A DNA stretch of 63,876 bases, the filler included, from Welwitschia mirabilis (taxonomy: Eukaryota): assembly GCA_051453625.1 (NCBI GenBank). It is 8 parts of one record of this genome, joined end to end, with 100 filler letters (N's around TTAATTAATTAA, not from the genome) between each part and the next. Parts side by side here need not be neighbours in the genome. Positions count along the whole stretch, not along the records: positions 1 to 19,645 come from JBOZIK010000001.1; 7 more parts are not named here. The stretch is one strand, 5' to 3'. The position numbers and the translations under genes were made by a program. Within the stretch, counting starts at the first letter, position 1, and every line of letters begins with the position of its first letter. Below the pieces are notes generated by a model. That model was not told the DNA's origin, searched no databases, and saw nothing but the letters and a program-made list of their open reading frames with translations. Of this stretch, positions 1 to 11,631 are shown piece after piece.

Positions 1-484
1 TTCATGTACATTTATCAAATTTTTATGCCTTCAATTTGAATCTTACAGATTTAAATTTCACTATGTATTTTATAAGTTATGGTTAATTGTGTATTTTGTA
101 AGGATCTTTTAACTTTTCATCTTTTACACTAATTTTTTGACAAATCATAGGTTTAAACGTAGTGATCCTTTAGGCAAAATTAATCAGTTTGATATGTTCT
201 ATGATTCTATTGGATTATATTTTTCATTTGAGAATTTCAAATTTCTACTATATATGAGGCCCATCTAAAACACTATTTTTTTTAATTTTCCATGTGTTTC
301 ACATTTTTCTTTTCATGTTTAGGTAATTTGGGATGTATTAACATTTTTAGAAGGGAGACAAGATACATTTTCATCATTTTTCTTAGTTTTTTAATCTAAT
401 TTTGAGGTTCATTATTACATATCCATGTAATATTTAACATAATTACCATTCTTGCATGATGTTTTTATGTATTTTTGATTAAGT

Positions 485-1755
485 ATGCCTCGTACATATA
501 GATCTAGATAGGCTAAGGTAGAGGGTAAAGCCATAGAGTAGGAGACAGATACTTTAGTACCACTAGAAATAGAGTGTGCAGAGCCAGCACATCCACCACC
601 TTGACACGGACGATCTTTGACTAAAAAGATAACTAGTATCTATGTTAAGAGATACTTTGAGGATTTTATGAGTATCATAGAGCTAGAGGTTGATCAGAGG
701 CTCACAAATCTCTAGTTACATTGGATTAAAAATGTGCATGGGTTATATTATATATTAAAGATAAGAGAGTTTTATGACACCATGCATATAGAACATTGAC
801 TATATTCTCTTAGCTAATTGATATGATAATAGCTTACATTTACAACCACAAGATTGTGATCCTCCCATCCCATATTATAGTATTCACAAATATTAATGAA
901 CTTTGGAGTCTTTATATTCATTCACAAAAGGGACTAAGGAATACCATTCATATGACACTGCATTAGATATTTTGGCAGATCTGATGATGAATAGGTAGAA
1001 GGTTTTTTTTACACAACTTACTCTCGCATATAGAGTACTTTACAGAGGGCTGATTCATAACATTAGCCTATCATTTTATGATGTTTATGCAATGGTCTTA
1101 CACCTTCAGATACTGGCATCTTTCAAATAGGGAGAGTAGATGAACCTATTGACATTCATTTGAAGGAGACTTAGGTCCATGGTTGAGGCATGACAGCTAC
1201 AGATTCTAGGTTATCCATGCCTCCTCTTAGATCTTTTTGGATAATTTGGAATATTAAAGCTCATTAATGAGCAGTGCTTATCTCATATCTAGACTTTATC
1301 TTACTATTTATAGGATATGGACATACAAGTACTAAGAGAGGCAAAGCATACCTTAGGTATAGAGACTTGTAGTTGGGGCTACACTTTAGCAAATACAGGT
1401 CTTTTTGGGAGAGGCCAGTTAGATCCTCAGAGGTTTTGTGGACCAAGGTATCTAAACTTTAGACTAGAGGATTTAGACTCTTGATCAGAGGATGTAGACA
1501 TTAGATGAAAGAATCCTGAATGTTAAGAGGAGAGTCTAGCACTCTAAGGATCACATTGTTGATGTGCATCAACATTTTATTTCTATTCAATAGAGTATGA
1601 TAATTGATATTCTAAAGATTCTACAAATCAAAGATGATGAGATAGTCTATTCCATTTCTACACCTTTGAAACTACATTTTCCTATTAATCTTGAGCATCC
1701 TCCTTCTTCTCCCCTTGAACCTGAGCCAGCTACCTAGACTAATTTTATCATGTAA
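485..1755 (+). pseudogene. Decayed Athila extra (env-like) ORF
   Basis: Reads MPRTYRSR*AKVEGK...PAHPPP...IREFY..., has a heptad-like Q/R/L/D-rich segment at ~1460-1545 and a Pro/Glu tail. Many premature stops. It lies between the post-pol region and the PPT. Confidence 0.6.
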
Positions 1756-2269
1756 TAACGAGGGGACTAATTATGTCATATTTGTATCTCCCATTCTATA
1801 TATTATTGTATTAAAACTCATTATTATATATAAATATCATTTTTTGAGTTAGCATGGTATATTTATCTTTATCTAATTTTCATGATTATTCATCTTTTAA
1901 TATGATTAATGAGGATTGATTTTATTTGGTTGACCTTTTCATTCATTACTGTATAACTCATTAGGGGGAGTTTAATTATAAAATGCATTAATTAATTATC
2001 TATATGAAAACAAATTCTGCATAGGTTCTTATTTTCTAAAATCATTTTTTTAGGTTTGTCATCCCTTCAGTGTCTAGACAATGACCTAGATGATAGTTTG
2101 GCTAGTCTCAAAANNNNNNNNNNNNNNNNNNNNNNNNNNNNNNNNNNNNNNNNNNNNNNNNNNNNNNNNNNNNAGTATCTTAGCTATTTTTATTGTTAAA
2201 AAACTTGGTTCAAAATCATAGTTTACTACTTGGTTTTATCAGGGACTGATAAGGCTAAGTGGATGGCTA

Positions 2270-3369
2270 TGTTACATAACCAACTTACATATATTTTATA
2301 GGGTATTTTTAGTAGTTTTGAAAGATATTATATAGGTTTATACTGGAATTCTATGATAATGAAGAGTTAAGATAAAAGATACAAAAACATGTAATCTCCA
2401 TGATATTTTATATCATTTGGAGTAGTTTTTAATACTTTCTATTTTTAAAATAGATTATCTAAAACATTGATGCTGATACATTGTATAAATACTTGTAAAA
2501 ATCTATCATTCACCTTATTCTCTGGAGAACAGTATGAATGATAGAATAGTTAAGGCCAACAAGGATGTTGACTATGACTAATCTGGTAGATGACATGGAT
2601 TACTTATGAGATGATATTATCCCCTATATCATCTAGATAACTAACAGGATGACATCTATTATAACATCATACTGAACATTCACCTAATTCTTGCCATTTA
2701 TTTATATATACTTTAACACAACCATTAGAATTGTATCCACACTTGTCTTTTTATTTTGTTATTATGTGCTTTGTATCAATAAGTATCGATTTCACCCTTA
2801 ACTTTATCTTATCTTTACTTGCACTAGAAATTCTTATGATAAGAGATTGAAGGGTTGGAGATCCATCTTTGGTAATTGTCGAGAGATGTCTTCCTTGGTG
2901 TTAGATTATGCTTCTTCCATTAAGATATGGCTTCTTTGTAACACAAATGTGGTTCAAGTAATACAAAGACTTCTTTTCCATTTCCTATGCTTATTGTTCT
3001 TATCACTCATAGTTGATGTTTCTCTTAATTTAATGACAATTTCTTGAATGATATAGGTTATGAGAGCAACCTTTATCAAGGTTGAGCATTATTAGTTTAG
3101 GTGCATTATCCTTTTTTATTCCTAAATTAACTTTGCATAAGTGTATTACATTATACTTCTCTGCATTACAATTTATTTCCATTGATGAAATAAAAAGTGT
3201 CTCTTGTAAAAATTAATTCTCTTTTTCTAGCCTAGGCCTTTGATAGATTATGACATTTGGGTTAACTCTAATCTATATTAGTGTATTGTGTTATGCAGAT
3301 ATTTATTCTATTTTTGAATAACATGATGTTCTTAAGCTTAAATCATTTGCACAAATATGCACTGCAACA
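2270..3369 (+). repeat. Athila 3' LTR (~1.1 kb), preceded by PPT-like aaggctaagtggatggcta
   Basis: Starts TGTTACA and ends GCACTGCAACA (inverted termini). The upstream PPT context matches those at 31300-31313, 50279-50320 (-) and 62092-62130 (-). Confidence 0.75.
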
Positions 3370-6320
3370 AAGGCTTACAACATAATTTTCTTAGGGTTAG
3401 TTGATTATATAATGAAAATTTTTGTATAACATTTACCAAAGAGGATTGTATTATAAAATGGTATAACTTAAATAAGATCATATTTGCTAGAACTAGAAAA
3501 TCAAATATTTATATTACTACTTACAAGATATTTCTAACAAAGGCATGAAGTGTTTGTTAAGCACTATAAGTAAATCAAAGTTATGGAATAGAAAACTTAA
3601 TCATGTAAATAAGGACTTACTAAAGACTTTATTCTTAAAACATATGATAAAAGGACTTCTAAAGTCATAGAATTTTGATGATTAGGTGTGTAGAGCTTAT
3701 CATATATGGAAGCAAATAAGGCTAAGGTTTGGTTAAAAAACTTTATTACTAGTGAATTTTCATTAGATGATCTAAACCTTAACGTTATTATTCCATCTCC
3801 TATTAAAAGTAATGGTAAGAAAGATATGAGTTAAATGTTACTGATGATTATTCTTACTTTACATCAGTGGTCTTCCTTACACATAAGAATGAGTCCTTTA
3901 ATGTCTTTTGTAAGTTATGTATCATGTTACAAAATCATAAAGGATATAGAATAAAGATAATAAGGAGTGAAAATAACACTGAATTTAAGAATTTAAGATT
4001 CAAATACTTTTCTAAATAATTTGGTTTTCTTCACCAACTCTCTACTTCAATAACACCACAATAAAATGGAAGAGCTAAAAGGAAGAACTAGGTACTAAAT
4101 GAGATGGAAAAAATAATAATGCATAATCAACAAGTTTTTTATCATTTTTAGGTAGAATCCATTAATACTTCTTGCTATGTTTCTAACTAAGTTCTAATGA
4201 TATTCTTTACTTTTAAAACTTCATACGAACTCTGATCTAGTAAGAATATTTTAATAAGTTATTTTTATGTTTTTGGTTCCAAATGTTTTAACTTGAATGA
4301 ACAAGATAAGCTTAGAAAATTTGGCTCTAAATTTGATAATAGTATCTTCTTAGGTTGTTTTATAGTTAGTAAAGCCTATTGAGTGTTCAAAATTAGAACA
4401 CATGTAGTAGAAAAAACCATTAATATTAAAATAGATGATACTAATTCAACTTCTATTCTTGTGCAGGATGACTACATATTAATACAATTTGAGTAACCTT
4501 CTAAGAATCCTATAGCATAATCAGATAATGATGAGGAGAAGAAAGAAGAATCTAAAAGAAGACCTCATTAAAGATGATTAGACTAAAAACGAATCATTCT
4601 ACTAGAAACATTATTGAAAATACCTATGATAGTATTTAAAGTTAAAGTTGTCTAAGGAGATTTATGGATTCGTACCTTACATTTCATAAGTAGAATCTTA
4701 AAGTTTTAGTGAAGTAANNNNNNNNNNNNNNNNNNNNNNNNNNNNNNNNNNNNNNNNNNNNNNNNNNNNNNNNNNNNNNNNNNNNNNNNNNNNNNNNNNN
4801 NNNNNNNNNNNNNNNNNTACATTTCATAAGTAGAATCTTAAAGTTTTAGTGAAGTAAAAAGTGATAAGCATTGGATGCTAATAATGCAAGAATAGTTAAA
4901 CCACTTTGAAAGATATGAAGTTGAAAAAGTACCTCAAAGATCATCTAGAAGGCTAATAATAGAAATAGGATGGAAATTTAGAAATAAAATAGATGAAAAT
5001 GTTAATGAAATAAAAAAACAGAGCAAGGCTAGAAGCAAAAGGTTACAATTAACAAGAGGAATTAATTTTAATAAACCTTTTCTCTTTTGATACATATGGA
5101 ATTGATTAGAATGCTTTTCATCCTTACATGTGCAAATAATTTAGGATGTATCATGTGGATGTTAAGAGTGCCTTTTTGAGCGGAGTTCTTCAAGAGGAGA
5201 TATATGTTAAGTAACATGAATATTTTACTAATTATCATAAGTTATATTATGTTTATAGATTATAAAATGCTTTCTATGATTTTAAACAAGCACCCAGAGC
5301 TTGGTATGAGATACTTTCAAGATACTTAATAAAAAAATAATTAAAATAGAGGGTAAAAACTTTACTATTATCTAAATGCATGTAGATGAAACTATATTTG
5401 ATGCTACTAATGACTTATTATCTAAGAGGTTTATAAATATTATGTAGAATGATTTTGATATAAGTCTTATGGGAGAAATGAGAAACCTCTTGGGCCTACA
5501 AGTTATGTAACATAAATAAGGAACATTTATCTCACAATATGAATACATTAAAAATCTATTAGTAAAGTATGGTTTAAAGGATTATGAAACAAAAAATACT
5601 TTAATGAAATAAAGCAAAAAACTAAGCAAGGATGAATATGATAAGAAAGTTAAGTAAAAGTTGTATAGAGGTATAATTAGTAGTTTATTATATCTTATGG
5701 CTAGTGGACCTAATATTATATTAAGTATAGGTATTTTTACTTACTATCAGAGTGATCCTAGATACTTACATCTTGTTATTTTTAAAAGTATATTTCATTA
5801 TTTGAAAGGTACTACTAATTGGTTTCTTTGGTATCAAAAGGATGGATTCCTTAATATACTTGGGTATTGTGGTGCAAATTGGGTAGCTTGCAAGAATGAT
5901 AGAAAAAGAACTAGTAAAAATTACTACTTGCTAGTGTAATGCTTGGTATGATGGAGTAGTGAGAAGAAAAATTAAGTAGCTATATCAATTAGTAAAGTAG
6001 AATATTATTACTAGAAGTTGTTATGCTCAACTACTATAGATAAAGTAAGCATTTAACAAATTTAGACTTATAATGAATAACACTTCCATTTAATGTAATA
6101 ATAAGAGTGCTATTAACATCTTCAAGAATTCTATTAAGCATGCCAAGGCTAAGCATATTGAGATTAGCTATCACCTCCTTAGAGAGAATGTGCAAAATAG
6201 AGATTTTACCTTAGATTATGTTAAAGTATATGAATAACTTACTAATATTTTTTTAAGTCATTAAGTGAAGAAAGTTTCTTAAACTATGATATAACTTAGG
6301 GATTAGGCCTTGTCTAATTA
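3370..6320 (+). pseudogene. Copia pol relic (GAG-pre-integrase, integrase, RT, RNase H)
   Basis: Motifs GLQHNFL, LWNRKLNHVN, TPQ*NG, HVDVKSAFLSGVLQEEIYV, KQAPRAWYE, YRGIISSLLYLMASGPNI..YQSDP..YLKGT..LWY (ORF 5661-5939), KAKHIEI. Many stops and frameshifts. Confidence 0.92.
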
Positions 6321-6539
6321 GATAAGTCTATACACAACCTCTCTTAAATCTCAACTCTGCATCCTAATCATGATTCTTTATGAATCAAGATATCAGCTAT
6401 AGATCTTAGAAGTTATATCATGTAATTAACATTAGTAGTTTCTTTACTGTTATTATTATCATAAATGTCAAATTTTAAGTTATAATATCTAATATTAATG
6501 TTAGTAGTATAAGATTTAAAAGGTTTTAGTATTATAGGA

Positions 6540-6840
6540 AAGACATCTTTGAAACTATAGATATCTAAGATGAAAATATCTTTGATCTACAAACATCTAT
6601 TATATAGATATCATTTAATTCTATAGACATCTTTAACTATCTAATATGCAAAAATCAAGATAGACATCCATACAAAAATAGATGTCTAATTTGTTTTTGG
6701 ACATAAACATCTTTTATTAGTAGACATCTTTGTAATGACTAGATAATTATTTAAAATCTTTAATAGTAAATGTCTTTAAAATAAAGTAGACATCTATTTT
6801 TATTGTTTTAAACATCTTTCATAGTACAAACATCTTTGAC
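6540..6840. repeat. Cluster of AGACATCT/AGATGTCT motifs downstream of pol
   Basis: About a dozen near-copies of (t)agacatct/agatgtct at irregular ~20-40 bp spacing. Confidence 0.75.
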
Positions 6841-7138
6841 ACAGAAAATATAAAATTTAAAATGCACTAAAAACTAGGGTTTCAAGCCATTTTTAATGAA
6901 GAAAGGAATTAACAACTCTTATGTTCAGTCCCCTACTTAGCATTTGTTCCCATTAGAATGCTTAAAATTTTTTTCCCTTAGATCTCTAATCATAAATGTC
7001 TTTGATTTGAAATAACCCTTAGATCTCTAATCACAAATGTCTTTGATTTAAAATAAGTGTATGCAGTAAGTAGGTCAAATGTTATTCTTTATAGGTGCTC
7101 TTTTTTTATGATTATTTCCAATGTTATTTTTCTTAAAA

Positions 7139-8700
7139 ATGGTAAGGAGAAAGACCTCTAGAGCTTTTAATGAAAAGAAAACTACTTATGAATTATAGAG
7201 ATCTTAGTATGAACCTCATTTTTGCCATGAATCACTAGAAAAATGATTTAAAGTTAGGCTATAAACTTCATCATTATAGAGATAACCCTTGTCTGGGATG
7301 TAATCATTCAATTAGAATAGATCATTCTAGATATTTGATTTGTGATTTCTATGCTAATCTTCATGGGACAGACAAATCCAGTGGTATATTTTAGATGAAA
7401 TTTTAACATTTTCACATGTTGATTTATTAATCACTATTATTTTTAGAAAATCAAAAATGGGTTTTTATGAGAATGTTAAATGAAAATAAATGATGTTAGA
7501 TTCCTCTATTTGAAGCCTAATTTCATTTTATAATATTCTAGTACAAGGAAGCAACTATAGTTATTACAATCCTATACAAATGTTTATAGTATACTACCTA
7601 CTTATAGGGGTCATAATTGATATTGGTCTTATTCTATGCATGAACATAATTACCCATTATTTAAGGGTTAGAATTTGTATCATCCATGTTGAATTAGCCT
7701 TATTATTAGTAATGCCAGTATCATAGTTCCATAGTTTAATCTCATTAGCCAAAGAAGTTACTTTTAAAGTTTAGTAAAAAGTGGCATGCACTAGTTTAGG
7801 CAGGGAAAGGCATAAATAGAAGACCTTCTAAGGTAAAGTTTTAAGGATATTTTTCTACTACTACTCATAGTTCCTCATCCATTAAGAAGGATCTTAGGGT
7901 GATTATGAAAATGTTTGGGAAAATTATAGGAATTTATTAACATTAAAAAAGCTAAAGTATGTATCTATTAAGGGGGAGGCATCCAAAAGTAGTTAGGAAT
8001 CCATGGGAATTCCCATATGGTTAGATTTAGAGAAGAAGTCTAAGGTAGAAGAAACTTTAATATCCTATGTTATAGGATATAATTTAGATAGAAAAGAGGA
8101 TTCAGATGTATCAGATACATCAAAGATAACATATGAGAAGTCACCCATTCAAGGGGAGCACTAGGCTCCATCATAGGCTCTAGGCGAGCATTAGGCTACA
8201 TCATAGTCTTAGAGAAAGTAACAAATGTACTTAGAGATCTCAGAGAATAAGTTCCTTATTTTTTACAAGCCTTACTATAAGATTCTTATTTTCCATCCTA
8301 AACAATCAACTTCATCACCTTTCATACTATCATTATCTTTTTTTCCTTCATTATCACTACTACTGTCACTTTCCATTTACACATCATCACCTAGCATAGC
8401 TTCATTCTTTATATCTAATTTTACTGAGATAGCCATAGTTAGTATTTTTAGCACTTCCATTATTACTCAAAAATATTTTCATATGAAGAGATAAATCTCT
8501 TAGAATCATGGTAAGACATCATAGTAGTAGTCACAGAAATGGCATACTCCTTCACCTATATCATCCTAATCTTATATGATCCAGACTTTACTACTTAAGA
8601 TAGTGATGATAATAGTGATGACACTAGGGATGGATCTTAGTATATTAGTGATTTATATCTGAATTATTAGTTCCTTTTATGCTATCATAAAGGGGGAATA
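7139..8700 (+). pseudogene. Decayed env-like extra ORF of the SIRE element
   Basis: ATG at 7139 (MVRRKTSRAF), a DFYANL motif at ~7343-7360, Ser/Pro-rich and acidic C-terminal stretches. It sits between RNase H and the PPT/LTR. The end is approximate. Confidence 0.5.
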
Positions 8701-9133
8701 ACATGGTAAATTAGACAAATCAGAATGGACATCCTATATGAGTTTAGAGGATGTGGATTTGAGATGACTAGTTGAATATCTTATTAGTGACTTTATGATT
8801 TATTCTCACTAATACCTTTTGGCATACATGTATTAATGATTTTATTATCTATTAATTTATTTCCTTCTTATTTAGCTCTTACTTTATATTTAGATGTAAA
8901 TTGTACTACTTTTTGGTCATGCATTTAGTAGTCCAATGTTAGTACTACATTGTTTTTACTATCTTAAAATGATTATCAAATATTTCCTTCTATGTTCTAA
9001 TTTTTTTCAATTTTAAATGCTCTCATGTAATACATTGGTGATTTGTTTGGATTTATGCCATCTTAAGTAAGATTATAAGTGCTTATACTAATAAGATTTA
9101 CCATGTTTAAAACATCATCAAACATGAAAAATT

Positions 9134-10720
9134 TATTGGTAAAATACTAATTTCAATGATGTCATTTGTTAGATATAATTTTTCTAATGTGTAGACAGGG
9201 TATTATAGAGTAACTACATTGCAAATAATAATCAAACTAGTCAAAATTCAAGGCCAAATGAATTTAATAATGTGTACACACAAAGATCAAAATCATAGAA
9301 GTTTCATCTCAAAATTCATGGAGGATAGACAAAGTTAACTAAAGATGTTTATAAGGTTAAAGACATCTATGAGAAAGATGTTTGTAATATTGAAGACATC
9401 TAGGCTAAACCTAACACTAAGATAGGTAAAAGATGTATATCCTATATAAGACATCTATACTACATCAACTAATGAAAGATATCTATTACATTAAATGTAT
9501 ATCTTATAAAAGATATCTATACTACATCAACTAATGAAATATGTCTACTACATTAAAGATTTTTATAATGAAATTGAAAATGAGATAGATGACAATCTTG
9601 ATAGTANNNNNNNNNNNNNNNNNNNNNNNNNNNNNNNNNNNNNNNNNNNNNNNNNNNNNNNNNNNNNNNNNNNNNNNNNNNNNNNNNNNNNNNNNNNNNN
9701 NNNNNNTCTACTACATTAAAGATTTTTATACTGAACTTGAAAATGAGATAGATGACAATCTTGATAGTAGCTTAATAAGATGAGTTATTTATTACCATAG
9801 AATTAGGCAAGTTTTACATGATGAATTCTTAATACCAAAGGGTTAAAGATAAAATAGTTCAAAGCTTATTAGAAATTGAATAGTTTAACTAAAGATGTCT
9901 TTTAGGTTAATAACATCTACTATAAGAGACATCTACTACAATGAAGATATCACCCCTAAAAATTTGATGAAAAATTAAATAGCCATTAAACAACTAAATA
10001 TAATAATTTATTGTCATTGTGATTCATTTAAAATATTTTAAATGGTTATCTCATTAGGAAAAAGGCCAAGAATACCTCTCAAGTATAAAAGGCATAAAGA
10101 ATAAAGAATTACTCTAATTAGTGATTAATACTAAAAGAGTGAAAATCTTTTATTTTTTATGAAAAAACTTTCTTCTTGAATACATTTCATGATCATTGGC
10201 ACATCCACTACTACAAACTCTGATATTGGATCTTCATGAGGGACTACATCAAGAACAACTCAAGAAACTATTTCTATGACAACATCTTAGGCTTGTCATT
10301 CTTTCATTACATTTCTATTGATACTTCATTATAAGACTATTAGATTTTTAAATTAATTTATTCTAGTTCACAAGATTTTATATATATTCTCTGCTAGGAT
10401 CCTTCAATTTAGGATTCCAAGTTGTAAGCAACCCTTGTACAAGTGTGCTTATTATGTCTTAATTGAGTCCTTAAGAGCACTATTTAATCTTGATCTATTA
10501 TGCTTTCTAAGGGAATGAAAAGATATCCAGAGGTCTAAAGGAAAGATACCCTCTAAGTGTGAACATACATAGGGTAGGGAACCACATTAAATTAGTAAGG
10601 TCTTCATTTTTCATTTTATTTGTTTTTCATTAAGAATTTTTATTTGGTTAAACTCATTTATCCATTCTCTTTGAGTTTAATGATCCTCGTTGGTTAAACC
10701 ATATTTTGCTACTATTCTAA
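9134..10720 (+). repeat. Probable SIRE 3' LTR with tandem agacatctactac-type repeats in U3
   Basis: Preceded by catcatcaaacatgaaaaatt (decayed catcatcaaaaagggggagat context). Motif repeats at 9340-9950, TATA-like tataaaaggc at ~10084, gtagg..gaaccac at ~10574. Confidence 0.6.
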
Positions 10721-11631
10721 AAAGACAATGCTCTTATTAGTAGTAGTGTAAAATACATCACATAACTAGATTTTTAATTTCTTTTATAGAAGAAATCCTC
10801 ATCCATATTAGTTTTAGAGTTAACCTTCTTAGTTATGAAAAGAAATATGTTCATCTTAATTACTATGAAAATGTTCCATTAAGTACACATTAGTTCATAT
10901 CTTCTTCATGTCTTTTAAGAATAATATATTTTCATTGGAAAAAATCCTTTATCTATGAGATGATCTCTATTTCATTTTACTATTTAAATTCATTTAATCA
11001 GTTAGGTTTAAAAATTTTCAATCATGTTGTAAATTACTTAAAACTATTATTGTTTAACAAATGTAATATATTATATGGAAATAAAATTAATAATTATTTT
11101 TAATAAGAAACAATAATTTATTATCAATTAAAAGGGAAAAATATTACTTTAAAGATAAGAAGATTTACTTTAAACAATATTTCAAATTGAAAGAAAAGTG
11201 CAAAGGATGTGTAGGAATTTATCTTTGAGAGACTTTCCAAGTTTAATAATTGATTATATTAGTAATCAATATAAAATGTTATCTCTCTTTTTTAATTACT
11301 TCATGGTAGTTTTAGTTAACCAAGACATCAAGATAGAAAAAGGGATGTATAACAAAGAGGAGTTCTTCATAAAATCTAGGATATAAATTAGTATAAATAG
11401 GTTGAGCCTATATTAGATGATTCTCATCATGACTTGGTGCATCTTCATTATAGTGAAGTGAGAAGCATATTGATGACATAAAGTGAAAGTGTGGTTACTA
11501 CACTAAGTAAAAGCATAAAACAACATAAAATATAAGAATAATAACAAAAGAAGAAGTACATGTACATGGAATTAGAAGAGTTATAAATGAAACTTACAAT
11601 AATGACATGAAAACTATACATAATGATAATG

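Larger units (their letters stand above)
1..3369 (+). mobile_element. 3' part of an Athila-type Ty3/Gypsy LTR retrotransposon (extra ORF, PPT, 3' LTR)
   Basis: Positions 1-1500 are an inverted homologue of 51400-53050, which lies downstream of a recognisable Athila pol (e.g. gagaggcaaagcataccttaggtatagagac vs the reverse complement of 51651-51690). It ends in PPT + LTR matching the other copies. Confidence 0.8.
3370..10720 (+). mobile_element. SIRE/Sirevirus-type Ty1/Copia retrotransposon, 5' part cut off by the Athila insertion
   Basis: Copia domain order INT-RT-RH, a long 3' region with an extra ORF, several AAGGGGG(A/G) tracts (~7970, 8151, 8690), a repeat-rich 3' LTR. The right boundary is approximate. 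Confidence 0.75.

Noticed and set aside
8225..8494. Hydrophobic 89-aa ORF as a membrane protein or env transmembrane segment
   Set aside because: It comes from low-complexity, C>T-eroded Ser/Pro-rich repeats (tcatca/ttatca), so the hydrophobicity is likely a product of decay.
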